Assembly: GCF_009914755.1 (NCBI RefSeq)
Contig: NC_060930.1
DNA length: 64,000 nucleotides
Source of the DNA: the human T2T-CHM13v2.0 reference genome, Homo sapiens
Direction: 5' to 3' (one strand)
This document shows positions 1-19,463 of the stretch, piece after piece; positions within the stretch are counted from its first letter, which is position 1, and each line of letters starts with the position of its first letter. Under the pieces are notes generated by a model. That model was given only the letters and a program-made list of their open reading frames with translations. It had not been told where the DNA came from and did not search any database. The position numbers were made by a program, and so were the translations under genes.

Positions 1-125
1 AGCTACTCAGGAGGCTGAGGCAGGAGGATTACTTGAACCCAGGAGTTCGAGGCTGCAGTGAGCCGTGATTGTGCCACTGCATTCCAGCCTGGGCAACAGA
101 GTGAGACATCGTCTTTAAAAATAAA
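1..125 (+). mobile_element. Alu 3' portion (cut by window edge)
   Basis: GCTACTCAGGAGGCTGAGGCAGG...CCAGCCTGGGCAACAGAGTGAGAC plus A-rich tail. Confidence 0.9.
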
Positions 126-1483
126 AACAAACCCAAACAGATGATTGTGAGGAAATGAATACTGAACTGACTGAGATGGGTGGCAAATCACCCAGAAAAA
201 CGAAGTAGGCAACGAGCCAAGCTAATTTTCTTTCCATTAGTCTTTAGGTGGAATCTCAGGTGAAGACATTGCTTGTGACTCTAATTTGCAGAAACAGTTG
301 TGCTATATTTATTTAACCATATAGTATCTGCTTTTTAGTCTATTTTATTTGAAGATAGACCCAGAATTTAAGAAGAAAAAGAAACTTCATGACAATCTAT
401 ACATTTTAGCGATGAAAAAACTCCAAGATGAAAAAACTCCAAGATCACAAGAGATCCAAAAAACTCCAAGATCATAAGAACCCAGAAGCTCTGGGACTAG
501 CATTTATTAAAACAGCTGTTAACCAGGACACAGTTAAAATTCAGATTTCATCTTTCTAAACAAGCAGCTTTGTGGATTCAAAGAAAGATGGGGAATATTT
601 AAAATAATATTCAGAGAACAACAATAAAAAATGATTAATAAAGATTTTGAGGAACAGACTTGTTGAATACAGATAAATGTATGCTATTTGTTTTCAGAAA
701 AAGAAAAACTTGACAGCCCTTACCTATGTGAAATTTTATAGGTGGTGATATGGATTCGTTTTCTAAGTGTAGAACCAGAAAGAATAAGCATGATTTGCAA
801 AAGAAGGGATCTTGTGTATCTATGAAGGGAAGTCTAAGGAAAAACAAAACTATAGAGAGGATGGAGCTGGTCTTTTAGAAATGACTTGTCAGCAGTCCTT
901 GTGAAAGCCAGGAAGAGTATATGATGTCTCAAAGGAGATCCAACCACATTCACCACAAATTCACCTTTCCTTTTTTTATATTTTCTCATATGACTTATGA
1001 GAAACTCTATATGAAACATATCACTCATATGATACATTAGAATGTAATGCTATATTCATAAGAATCAGATGTATAGCAACTTACATGTTAAGATGCGCAA
1101 ATTCTGAAATATGTATAATATGATCCCACTTTTGCATAGCATTTTTAAAGAACTTATGTGTGCATGATGTAAAAGGGTGTATGTACATATGTTATGACAC
1201 ACATATAAAAGATGCAGAGCATAGAAAGTAGTTTAATGAAATATGTAGCAACCTGTCACTGGTGGTTTATATCTTTGGGGAACAAGACTGTTGGTAGAGA
1301 TCTTTTAGATTTTATTTTAAATATTTCTAAACTATTTGCATTTGTAATGAGGTACATTTTTGAGGTTAAAACATCTAATAAACATATTATACTTAAAACA
1401 AATGCTTGTGGGGACAACTGATTGTTGAACTGCACCAATTTCTGCTGCTTCCTACACAGCTCATTTGGTAATGGCATTTGTAC

Positions 1484-1657
1484 CTTACAGTGGGAGAAGG
1501 TCACTGTGTACTGGGCATCCTTGGACTGTGGTGAAGGCACCTCGGGGTCCACCACCGGGGCAGCCACCGTAGACTCACACTGGTCCCAGAATGTGTATTG
1601 ACAGAAGACAAAATTTGAGAGGTTTAAGGGCAGCCCCGTTGCTTCTTTAATTTTTAC
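1484..1657 (-). CDS. KIF13A: KIF13A exon (~22), 174 nt, VKIKEATGLPLNLSNFVFCQYTFWDQ...VTFSHCK
   Basis: Within ORF 1256..1690; acceptor cttcag, donor AAG|gtacaa. Confidence 0.94.
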
Positions 1658-2169
1658 CTGAAGAGATAAACAATACAAATAAAACTCCAATGAACACTAA
1701 ACATTCTTTCATTTCAGCTACCTCAAATTTAAGAGTAAGCGATGAAACAAATCGGTCATCCATTTGACATGTGAAAATATTATATCTGACACCGTGACAC
1801 TAAGGGTTGTATCGATAATGAAATCTGTACCACAGTTCTGTAACTATAGTATATAAACTTGGCAACAAATACACACATTCCTGCAAAAGCTTCCTAATGA
1901 CTGAGATGCAACCTTTAATAGAAAAACATAATTCACTAAGCAACATACACTTCTTGCATGTCAAATACATAAACACTTTTGAAATTTGATGCAACTGTCA
2001 TAAGAAAGTGTGCTATATTTCTGAAAACAAAGTACTGTCCACCACTGTATCTGCTGTTACAAAATCCAACTTTTACTACCCTGGATGAAAAACTCTCATA
2101 AGATTTTTTGTAAAATGGTTTTGCATGAAAAAGGTCATTTATATGAGCCTCCCATCACTGTCCTCTCAC

Positions 2170-2331
2170 CCGACATGTCAGCTTTTTGACTCGGTGAATG
2201 ATTTCCCCGCTGCTGTCTACGACTTCAAGGCTCCCACTTTCACTGGAATTCTCCGAAGAGTCATCCTCCACCACACGCTCTGGAACAGCTCCTGTAACAC
2301 GCATCACTTCCACGTGGAGACGCCCTGCAAC
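2170..2331 (-). CDS. KIF13A: KIF13A exon (~21), 162 nt, VAGRLHVEVMRV...KKLTCR
   Basis: Within ORF 2155..2382; acceptor acccag, donor CGG|gtgaga. Confidence 0.95.
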
Positions 2332-2656
2332 CTGGGTCAAGGAACCAGAGCACCTTAGAGTGAACAGACATCCTGTGGGCAACCTCGACCCAAGACAGAC
2401 GTGCCTTCTACAGTGAACCTGGAGAGGGGCTCTGCAGCTGCTGCTTGGTCGTCTTCGGCAACGGGAGCCCTGCTACTACCAGAGCAGTCCATTCCACCAC
2501 TTGCCCCTGTGATCATCCTGCCTTAGTGTGAGCCAAATTTGCCTCCCTGCAACTTGCCTTCTGGAGTCATCCTCAAATGTATCCTTCCAAAGGACAGCCC
2601 AGGAATAGCTTAAAGGTAGCTCTCACATTTTACTTGGAGTCATCTAGTATCCATGT

Positions 2657-3249
<593 letters not shown>

Positions 3250-3319
3250 TATCCATGTTTTTTAAAATATATTCACTCACCTATTCATGTGAGTGAATAT
3301 GAAATGCTTCATTCACTTA

Positions 3320-3762
<443 letters not shown>

Positions 3763-4500
3763 TCACTAATAACAGCATAGAATAGTTGCTATAATAGATA
3801 TATGTGCGAGTTGTTATGGGATAAACTTATCCACTAACACATATTTACCAAGAACTAACTGTGCCAGGAACTGTGCTATGAGCATCCAATAGCAAACCAA
3901 ATTGACAAGGTTCCCGGGCTCGCGCAGCTTTTATTCTCTTGAGAGTAGAGAATGGGTGTGTAACTCAGACTGGGGCTGGGAGCAGGATGAAGGAGGGCTC
4001 CATAAAGCAGTGCCATTAGATCTAATCCAGGAGGAACAGCATATTGAAAGCCACACAGATATGAGGAATGTTACTTTAAAACTTTTTCATTAAAAGGTTT
4101 TAAATTTTCTATCATGGTGGCTCTCTGGATAGGAGCCAGTTTAACCGTGTTTTTCTTAAAGCTGGCTGCACAGAATCAAATTAGAGGAAAAGGATTATTC
4201 TAAAATTTGCATTCTTGGAGTGCTTTGTCTTAATTATATTTCATAACATAGTTTCAGGTTGTAATGACTGTGGCTGTCATTACACATGTGTACAAGGTGA
4301 CACATGTTCTGGTAGTACTGCTATCATCCTAAACAGGGAAGGTTATTTTTAAAGGTAGATCAGATCCAATTTCCACACAGCAATTGGTACTGGCACCAAG
4401 GACCTACAAGAAATTACTCGATGATATCTGAGAAGTAAGACAAATATGGAGGAAGTAGTAAGATGGGGGAAGAAAGGAAATAAAAGAAATCAGAAGATAG

Positions 4501-5525
<1,025 letters not shown>

Positions 5526-6090
5526 CTCCTAACTGTGCCCATTTTTCCCATGGGAAAAAGCTCTGTTAGGCACTGGTCCTCTGGAGCAGAATGTCCATGG
5601 GGTGTTTCCATAGTGGAGGGTGGGCTGTGCACTTACACCCCACAACTGGGAACCCGGGTCTATATCGCAGCTTCACTTTGGGCAGAATGGCATCTTATTC
5701 TTCACCTGCTCTAAGAATCACAAGAAATAACCTGGTAGTTCAACGTACATTTTCTGAAATATCTTATGCCTACCTAGGCCACTATATCTAAATAGCTGAA
5801 ATACCAGAGTTTAAAAGGAGGGTAACAATGAGTCATTGAAGCCTGTTTTGTTTTGAGTACTTTGGACTGCAAAATAATCCTCCTGAGTTGTATCTTACAA
5901 AGACCATTTAGGGGCCAGGAAGGAACTAGAGTATATCGCAAAGGTATGAGATTACCTTTAAAAAGAGAGAGCGATATGGGGCACAGAGCTGAATATGGTT
6001 TCCAAAATATTTCCCATTTGATTAAAACAAAGAAAAAACTTGTGACCTCCAAATATTAAATGTTATAATAATCTTTTAAGACCATGACTT

Positions 6091-6414
<324 letters not shown>

Positions 6415-6585
6415 TCAAAGCTTCTAATATCGATTATTAGTAGAGAAAAAAGAATGCAGACCTTGACTATTTGCCTTAGTTTCTTGATCCACCTCAAGAA
6501 CATAGCTTAAATAGAATGAAAAACAAAATAAAACAAAACAAAAAACTTGAACCACCATCGTTCTCCAAGGCTGGCCTGTGCTTAC

Positions 6586-6735
6586 CTCCCCCTGCTGGCT
6601 GATGATAGGGACTGCATACTGAAGTTTCACATCACAGAAGAGGCATTCCAAGAATACATTCGCCACCCCGATGAGGTTGTGATTTTCTTGGGCTTCATAG
6701 AAAGGGTCACCTCGTTTTCCGTAGAGTCTCTTTGC
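6586..6735 (-). CDS. KIF13A: KIF13A exon (~20), 150 nt, AKRLYGKRGDPFYEAQENHNLIGVANVFL...IISQQGE
   Basis: Within ORF 6424..6786; acceptor tctcag, donor GAG|gtaagc. Confidence 0.95.
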
Positions 6736-6885
6736 CTGAGAAGTAGGAGGGGCCAGTGAGTGGACGAATAAGAAACATAACATCAATTTAAATAATATTA
6801 TTTAAAACTAGCATTTGAAAAAAAATTTAAAGAATCTATCCATTTAAACAGCAAGTAAAATTATAATGTCACATAAATAAAAACT

Positions 6886-7033
6886 AAATTAGCTGGGCGT
6901 GGTGGCGCACGCCTGTGGTCCCACCTACTCAGGAGGCTGGGGCACGAGAATCGCTTGAACCCAGGAGACAGAGGTTTCAGTGAGCTGAGATTACACCACT
7001 CCAGCCTGAGTGACAGAGCGAGACTCTGTCTCC

Positions 7034-7076
<43 letters not shown>
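6886..7076 (+). mobile_element. Alu right arm with a pure A40 tail
   Basis: Right-monomer consensus; A run 7037-7076. Confidence 0.88.
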
Positions 7077-7078
<2 letters not shown>

Positions 7079-7687
7079 ATTAGCCCATGGGAGGGGCCTG
7101 TTTGCTGGGGAGCTAACTAATGCCTGTGCAGAAGATTCCTCTTCAGTTCCTGCCTTGTCTTCCTTATCTACCTCACTTGCAGCTTTTTCATTTCATCCCC
7201 TTTGTTTTGCCTCATCTCCTTTGCCAAGTCTTCTTTTCCACTGCTAATGTCCAAAAAATGGATTATGCAAGCTTAAATTACTCTTAGTAATCTACCTGGC
7301 CACGATCACAGCTAGGGGTGCGTGAACACACATTAATGAATGCGAAATCCACACTGGCTCCAGTCAAGCTGATTTTTCACAGCACCGATAAAATGGCATA
7401 AATTTACTTCATTCTACTTCTTTTCACTTGAAATGTAGTAAACATGAAGCCAAATAAGAATCTACTATATGTTTTCTTCATTTAGTTCCCAACTGTGTGG
7501 GGATCATGTGTTGTATTACTGATCCAACTTAGCGCTTCTTTCAAAATCACTTGTACTTTATTTTCCTAATATAATATCTAACGTATCATGAGCACATCTC
7601 CGTGTGTGTGTGTGTGTGTGTTGCTAAATCGCTTATATTCTCTGTTTTTAACATAACAAAATCTCCATTACATTTTGTCTCTTTTAC

Positions 7688-7828
7688 CTCAGGAACTTTT
7701 TCCTTCCATTCTTGGTAAAGGTCTCTCATGTCAATTAATTTATTCTCCAGCTTCTCAATGGTCCACACTTGGGTGCTCTTTCCTTTCCTCCTCACTTGGA
7801 TAGCTGGTTCACTCACTATTGCACCTCT
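7688..7828 (-). CDS. KIF13A: KIF13A exon (~19), 141 nt, RGAIVSEPAIQV...WKEKVPE
   Basis: Within ORF 7586..7963; acceptor atgcag, donor GAG|gtaaaa. Confidence 0.95.
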
Positions 7829-8135
7829 CTGCATAAGGAAGAAAAACAAAACAAACCCTGTTATAACTCCTTTTTCGATTGCTAAAGCAATATATATACA
7901 ACAGTAACACAGTAAGTTTGCAAAACACATAAATGCATACAAAAGAAGATAAAATTCTACCACCTACGAGGATAGTCTGGTTTATTTTCTACCTTCTATG
8001 TACACTCATGCACACTTTTTAATTTTTATCACGATCAAGACCAAACAAAAGTATAACTTCATACCCCAATCCTCTCTCCAGTTTTGATATTGTGATCATT
8101 TTTCTTGTATTGTTAAATATTCTTCATAAGCACGA

Positions 8136-10134
<1,999 letters not shown>

Positions 10135-10318
10135 AACAACAACAGCAACAAAAATGAAAAACAATTTTCTTCAAAGTTTCTCCCTACAGGAAAAATTCTT
10201 CAAGGTGAAATGACAGGAAACTCCCAGACGCTTGCAAAGAGAGCCGTGTATTTGAAGTCAGGTATCATGAAAAGTCTTCCTTTCTTGTAGAATTCACTCT
10301 TAAGAAGGTACCATAGCA

Positions 10319-10646
<328 letters not shown>

Positions 10647-10989
10647 CTACAGCCTACATGTATTCCCCCATTTCAGAAAGGGGCATTTACATGCAAAAAA
10701 AAGCAGGCAAAATACATGTTTCCAGTTTTATTGTTTTAAAGAAGGCATATAAATTAGGAAGTCCTTCAGCCACTAAAATTTTGTGTATTCTGCTTATTAC
10801 ATATCTAAGAACATCATTTAAATAGCATTCTTATCCAATGAGGTATATAAAGAATGTCTTGAAAAAAATAAACATCTCTGGCTGATATCAGGATCTCCTC
10901 AGGCATGTTTCTGGGGTTTCAGTTTTAGATCCTATTTTACAATATTTACTATTGTGCATCTTGCCCTCTCACTTGAAGGACATTCTTAC

Positions 10990-11152
10990 CTTCCTATTGG
11001 CACTGAGGTTTGCAGCAGGGATCTGAAGAGTCACTTGGTAATCGGTGAGTTTGCTCATTTCCTCAGCCAGGAAGTTTGCTTCCCTCACCAAGGTATTAGC
11101 TTTAACCAGCTGCTCTCGCAGTTTTGCCAGGCTTTGTCGGAAGAGTTCATCC
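10990..11152 (-). CDS. KIF13A: KIF13A exon (~18), 163 nt, DELFRQSLAKLREQLVKANTLVREANFLAEEMSKLTDYQVTLQIPAANLSANRK
   Basis: Read by hand; acceptor ctgcag, donor AAG|gtaaga. Confidence 0.95.
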
Positions 11153-12153
11153 CTGCAGTGTCATAGAAAAGGGAACGAGAAAATCTAAAAGAAAACTGCA
11201 ATCCCGTTTCTAAGTGAGCATCTTATTAGAAAATGGGAGAAAACTCCTCTCGGGCAGTATTTTTCAAACTATTTTACCAGACTACCTCTCATCCTTCCCT
11301 CCTGCCCACAGATGGGCTATCTGTTGAGAACTACTGATGGGAAGCAAATTGTTGAGCAACTTAACTGAAAACCACGTTTTAAATTATGTAACACGTGAAA
11401 ACGATCAGATTGTGATAGGAGGATGCAAAAAACCAGTACAGGAATCTTTGGGAAAAACAAACGATGATTACGACTTGTGTGTGCTGAGGGAGGGTGGTGG
11501 GGCAGGGAGGGGTTGGCAGATGAGAGAAACCTGGAGTTAGGAGAAGAAATTATTTTTCATGACTTCTGCAGTTGGCAAAAGGCATGCAATGGTAAGGTAG
11601 TTCTGCAGTAGCAGGAATTCTTCGTTTCAACTCTCTGTACAACATTACTTGCTGATAAAAAGCTTCTCTAATATCCCAGATTGGTCAAAACCCTCTTATA
11701 TGTTCTCTCAGCCCCATGCCTTTAGCCTCCATAGCATTTGCCATAGTTAGAACTTTTCATTTTTACTCGTATAATTATTTGTTTAATATCTGTCTCCTAC
11801 TAGGCTGTTAGGTTGCCCCAAGGCAGGGACCATGTCTTTTTTTGCTTGCACTACCCTAGCTCCTGGCCAAGTGCATGACCCATCGTAGGATATTCAAAAA
11901 AGACCCACTGAATAAAGAAAAGAGTGCTTCTGGATTTCACATTTGAATCTGGGTTCTAAAGTCACTCCATCTAGCAATTGCTCTGTGCCATATATAACTT
12001 CTCTTTTCCACCATTTATACGCCGCAGGAAATGCTTACATCATAGAAAAATAATGAACTCAAAGCACCTAAATCTCTACTCCTCACTCGTCACCTTAGAA
12101 ATGACAGAAGACGCATGCTGTGCGGATGCTAAGGTAAACAAAACAGTTTCTTA

Positions 12154-12321
<168 letters not shown>

Positions 12322-12687
12322 TCACCCACGCTTAGATTTGTTCAGTCGGCTCAGTCTCTTCTCTTTTCTACAATGTCCAAAAAATAAGCCTATTGATTCT
12401 TCCTTTGAAGCATCTCCTAAGTCTCTCTGTGTTTTATCATATCCCTGGCTCAGGGCCCTTACACCCTTCTCAATAATCTCACAGTACCCAGGCTCTTCTT
12501 GCTCCACTGCAAGACAGTCCTTATCAAGCCCTGCCTTCCTCAGGCCGTTCCTCGGCTCAAGGCCTTGCAGGGCTCCTCTTCTCCCATAAAATAAATCCCA
12601 AACTCCAAATCTGTACCCTCCCACAACCCCTGCCTAATGGTTTTTGAACTTAATTTTCCCTACTCTTCCATAAATCACCTTCTACAC

Positions 12688-13216
12688 CAGTGGTCCCCAA
12701 CCTTTTTGGCACCAGGGACTAGTTACATGGAAGACAACTTTTCCATGGACCGAGGTTGGGGAAAGGGAGAGTTTTGGGATGACTCAAGTGCATTACATTT
12801 ATTGTGCACTTTATTTCTATTATTATATTGTAATAGACAATGAAATAATGATACAGCTCACCATAATGTAGAATCAGTGGGAGCCCTGAGCTTGTTTTCC
12901 TACAATTAGACAGTTCCATCTGGGGGTGTTGGTAGACAGTGATAGATCATCAGGCTTCAGACTCTTATAAGGAACATGCAACCTAGATCTCTCGCATGTA
13001 CAGTTCATAATAGGGTTTGTGCTCCTGTGAGAATCTAATGCCACTGCTGATCTGACAGGAGGTGGAGCTCAGGCAGTAATGCAAGTGATGGGGAGCAGCT
13101 GTAGACACAGATGAAGCTTCGCTTGCTGGCCCACTATTCACCTCCTGCTGTGCAGCCTGGTTCCTAACAGGCCACAGACCCGTACCAGTTTGTGGTCTGG
13201 GGATTGGGGACCCCTG
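12688..13216. mobile_element. MER1A-type hAT-Charlie non-autonomous DNA transposon
   Basis: TIRs CAGTGGTCCCCAA...TTGGGGACCCCTG; 529 bp; 8-bp TSD TTCTACAC/TTCTAGAC. Confidence 0.88.
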
Positions 13217-14391
13217 TTCTAGACTACACGAAACAGTTCTTTTGCAGTCTCCCAAATACATCTTAATTCTCTTCCATTGCTTCTCATCTGTTCATGCCAA
13301 TCTGCCCACCCAAAATGTCCTTCTTACTTTCTCTCTGCTGGTCAAACTCTACCTCTCAAATGCACTTGAAATCAATCCTTCTCCCTGAAAACCTCTGTAG
13401 AAGACTCAGCTTCATTAAGTCTCATCTTCCACTGAACAACCAACAAGCTTACTGTGCAGTCTGTCCACTTAGCGATTACATGCTTTTCACTTCAATACAT
13501 TCACACAATCAATGCATACAATATTTACTAAATACCTACCAGGTGACCACATCATTCTAGGCACTAGGGATACTTCAAAGGATTCCCTGTCCCTTGCAAC
13601 TCATTTTCCAGGGTAGGAAATAGAAAACAAACAAATAACTATTAATATATAATCCTAACGTTTCCTATTGTTGAATGAAACTGTTCTTTAATTTTCTATG
13701 ACTTAATTTTTCCACAAATTTATATCTTGTTTCATACTACATTCTAAGTGTACAAAGAGAATAAACGACATCTGTGGCTTTCTTTGTAATTCTCACCAGC
13801 GTTTAAATTTACTTGATTCTCAACCCATCAACATTCATGTAGGTAAGAGTCCTTCATTATTTCACAACCCATCAACAATTTACTTAGGTAAGAGTTCCAG
13901 CTTCTTATATAACCACATACAATTAATGACATCTTACTTTTATCCAGTGAAACCTGACAAAATCAATAATGCAACTATTCTTGTCTTTGAATGACATTCC
14001 CAAAATATCTCATCTTTTTTTTTCTTCCTTCCTTCCTTCCTTCTCTCCCTCCCTTTTTCTTTCTTTCCTTCTCTCTCTCTCTTTTTCTTGGAGATAGGGT
14101 CTCCCTGTGTTGCCCAGGCTGCAGTGCAGTGGCTATTCAGAGGCATGATCACAGTGCACTACAGCTTGAAACTCCTGGGCGCAGGTGATCCTCCTGCCTC
14201 AGCCTCTGGAGTAGCTGAGACTATAGGCATGTGCCACTGTACCCGACTTCTACACTTTTCCTTTCTTTTAAGAATTTAAGCCCCAAAGAAAATCAATCTG
14301 GAATTAAGGGAAATCAAAAAAATATTTTTAACTATTTAACTGAAAAACACTATGGTTAAAAGCAAACCACCTTCTTTATCAGATACTTTTG

Positions 14392-15206
14392 TTTTTTAAA
14401 ATTTAAATATTTTGACTTATTTTAGGTTCAGGGGTACATGCACAGGTTTGTTATACAGGTCAACTCATGACTAAGGGGTTTGATGTATGGATTATTTCAT
14501 TACCCGGGTAGTAAGCATAGTACTTGGCAGGTTTTTGTTTTTTTTTCCTGAGCCTCTCCCTCCTCCTCCCACAGGCCCCAGTGTCTGTTGTTCCCCTTTC
14601 TGTCCATCGGTTCCCATGATTTAGCTCTCACTTATTAGTGAGAACACGCGGTATCTGGTGTTCTGTTCCTGCATTCGTTTTCTAAGAATGATGGCCGCCA
14701 GTTCCATCCATGTTCCTGCAAAGGACACGATCTTGTTGTTTTTCATGGCTGCATAGTATTCCATGGTGTACATGTACCACGTTTTCTTTATCCAGTCTAT
14801 CGTTGGACATTTAGGTTGATTCCATGTCTTTCCTATTGTGAATAGCACTGCAATGAATATACATGTGCATGTGTCTTTATGGTAGAACAACTTATATTTC
14901 TTTGGGTACATACCCAATAGTGAGATGGCTGGGTGAAATGATAGTTCTGTTTTTAGCTCTTTAAAAAATTGCCGCATTGCTTTCCACAATGATTGAATTA
15001 ATTTACACTCTCACCAACAGTGTATAAGGGTTCCCTTTTCTTCGCAACTTTGCCAGAATCTGTTATTTTTTGACTTTTTAATAATAGCCATTCTGACTGG
15101 TGTGAGATGGTATCTCATTGTGGTTTTGATTTGCATTTCCCTAGTCATTGGTGATAATGAACACTTCTTAATATGCTTTGTTGGCCACATGTATGTCTTC
15201 TTTTGA
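14392..15206 (-). mobile_element. 5'-truncated L1 (old L1PA/L1PB type): end of ORF2 plus 3'UTR
   Basis: ORF 14621..14989 is an L1 ORF2 C-terminal relic (KTWNQPKCP, YTMEYYAA); T-rich tail at left; TSD-like AGATACTTTTG/AGACACTTTTG. Confidence 0.85.
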
Positions 15207-15286
15207 AGACACTTTTGCTTTTATCTTTTATATTGTTTAGTAAATAGAAAGGATATCAATGGGTACAATTATATCAGTTATCCTCA

Positions 15287-15682
<396 letters not shown>

Positions 15683-15999
15683 CTAGCCTGGGCAAGAAGA
15701 GTGAAACTCCATCTCAGAAAAAAGAGTAATATAAGTATGATAAATCTTCCTATTTCAGTATCCAGACAGATGAGCAGGTAGCTCCTGGGGAAAATATAAT
15801 TGACTCTCTTCTCTTCATTTAACATTAACAAGTGCGTGACTGTTGCGAGCCTTGCGCTGCAGGGCAGGGTTCCCTTTTCTCCTCTTGGGAGTCACCTTCC
15901 CCGGGTGTGGCCTGTGTTCTGCATCTCATTGCTAGTGAGAGCTGCAGTGTGTGTGTGAGTTACAGGAAGAGCTCTACAGTCAGAATGCCACGGCTCTGA

Positions 16000-16408
<409 letters not shown>

Positions 16409-16455
16409 TGATCTGCCCGCCTTGGCCTCCCAAAGTGCTGGGATTACAGGCATGA

Positions 16456-16689
<234 letters not shown>

Positions 16690-17061
16690 TGAACTCCTGA
16701 CCTCATGATCCACCCGCCTCGGCCTCCCAAAGTGCTGGGATTACAGGCGTGAGCCACCGCGCCCAGCCAGGTGTTGCTTTTATTAGTACTATTAATTATT
16801 ATCATAACACAGGTGTTATTAGGAGACTGCAGAGAGAACTGGGTTCAAACTCTGTTTTTTTCACTTCCTAGATGGTTGATTAAGGCAGGATATTTAAACT
16901 GATTGCCTGACCTATAAGACAGGGATAATAGTTCCTATGGCATACTGCTGCTGGGATGTTAAATAAAAGACTGGACTATGGCAAGAACACAACTGAAGTC
17001 TTCAATAGCCTATTGTCCTTATTATGGTAGTGGTGATTATTATTATTACCATTTCCTCCAC

Positions 17062-18062
17062 TGTAGGGTCCAGCCCCACTGGGTCTGTGGATTTTTCTCC
17101 TCGTGTGTGGAGATGAGAGATCATAGAAATAAAGACACAAGACAAAGAGATAGAAGAAAAGACAGCTGGGCCCGGGGGACCACTACCACCTAGACGCAGA
17201 GACCGGTAGTGGCCCCGAATGCCTGGCTGCACTGTTATTTATTGGATACAAGAAAAGGGGGCAGGGGAAAGAGTGTGAGCCATCACCAATGACAGGAAGG
17301 TCACGCAAGTCATGTGTCCACTGGACAAGGGTCCCTTCCCTGTTTGGCAGCCAAGGCGGAGACAGAGAGAGGACAGCTTACACCATTATTTCTTCTATGT
17401 ATTTCAAAGACTTTAAGTACTTTCGCTAATCCTGTTACTGCTATCGAGAAGGCAGAGCCAGGCGTACAGGGTGGAACATGAAAGCAGACCAGGAGAGTGA
17501 CCACTGAAGCACAGCATCACAGGGAGACAGTTAGGCCTCTGGATGGCTGCGGGCGGGCCTGACTCATGTCAGGCCTTCCACAAGAGGTGGTGGAGCAGAG
17601 TCTTCTCTAACTCCCCCGGGAAAAGGGAGACTCCCTTTCCCAGTCTGCTAAGTAACTAGTGCCTTCCCCAGGCACTGACGCTACTGCTAGACCAAGGCCC
17701 GCTAGGTAATGGGTGCCTTCTCAGGCACTGGCCTTACCACTAGACCAGGGAGCCCTCTAGTGGCCCTGTTTGGGAGTAACAGAGGGCTTACACTTGTCTT
17801 CTGGTCACTTCTCACTGTGTCCCTTCAGCTCCTATCTCTGTATGGCTGGTTTTTCCCAGGTGATAACTGTAGAACAAAGATTATTATAATATTGGAATAA
17901 AGAGTAATGCTACAAACTAATGATTAATGATATTCATATATAATCATATCTATAATCTATTTCTAGTATAACTATTCTTATTCTATATATTAGCTTTATT
18001 ATACTGGAACAGCTTGTGCCCTTGGTCTCTTGCCTTGGCACCTGGGTGGCTTGCCACCCACA
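17062..18062 (-). mobile_element. LTR13 solo LTR (HERV-K13 class), sense to KIF13A
   Basis: Minus strand starts TGTGGGTGGCAAGCCACCCAGGTGCC and ends GGGGCTGGACCCTACA; 1001 bp; TSD CTCCAC/CTCTAC; minus-strand AATAAA at 17238-17243. Confidence 0.88.
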
Positions 18063-18135
18063 CTCTACCACTTTCTCCTTTGAGAGTTCTGATATAAGTA
18101 TTTTAAAGTCATAAATCTTTTCTTTTAGTCAGGTT

Positions 18136-18846
<711 letters not shown>

Positions 18847-19249
18847 TATAAATCTTAAACTTTCACATTTAGTAGATTAATCAGCACTGAAGTTGTATTT
18901 AAATAGATTCAAAAGTATGAGAAATAAGAAAAAAATGCTTTTGTGTTAAAGAAATTATTCAAACTTTCTAAATTTCAATACATACCTGTCTAACCCTTGC
19001 AACTTGGCACCATTTTTATTGAAGGGTAAATGGTTTGGGGGTAGGAGGGGTCTTTAACAGCTAACATTATAGTAAACATACTTAGGGTGGACAATATTTG
19101 TGAAAGGAAAAGCTAATTGGCAATATCACGTATGGGATTAAGAGTTCTCTTGTTGCTAGGTTTGTCCCTGACATGTCTCAAAAACCCCTCCCTCAAAGAC
19201 CCACGGCCTTGGGGCCTTGACTCTGGGCTGCCCGCGCTGCAGTTCTTAC

Positions 19250-19463
19250 CTCTCTTCTGCCCACTGGGTCACCTTCTGCTGCGCTGTCTGGCTGCTGTAG
19301 GCCAGGCGGTCAGGGCCGCTACTCTGTGGCTGCCTGTCGGGGGAGAGCTGCTGGCGGAGTTGCTCCAGTTCCCGCTCATACATGAGCCGCTGCTCCTCTA
19401 GGGCACTTCTCTTTTCTTCTAGGTATTGTTTCTCCAGGACCTGAACCACATTTTGAACTGGGT
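19250..19463 (-). CDS. KIF13A: KIF13A exon (~17), 214 nt, DPVQNVVQVLEKQYLEEKRSALEEQRLMYERELEQLRQQ...WAEE(R) (coiled coil)
   Basis: Within ORF 19246..19482; acceptor cactag, donor GAG|gtaaga. Confidence 0.95.

Noticed and set aside
411-474. Short repeats with spacers (CRISPR-like)
   Set aside because: Only three irregular copies in a primate intron with no cas genes; simple slippage.
1256-1690. 144-aa ORF as a stand-alone gene
   Set aside because: Only 1484-1657 is exon; the rest is intronic read-through bounded by clear splice sites.
14621-14989. 122-aa ORF resembling a retroelement protein
   Set aside because: Degenerate L1 ORF2 C-terminus in a 5'-truncated 0.8-kb copy; no endonuclease or RT domain, so not functional.
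19117-19401. Plus-strand ORF with a signal-peptide-like start (also ORFs at 2125, 2198, 6547, 10954, 36147, 52484)
   Set aside because: Shadow frames antisense to KIF13A exons; several start at non-ATG codons and have no promoter or splice support.
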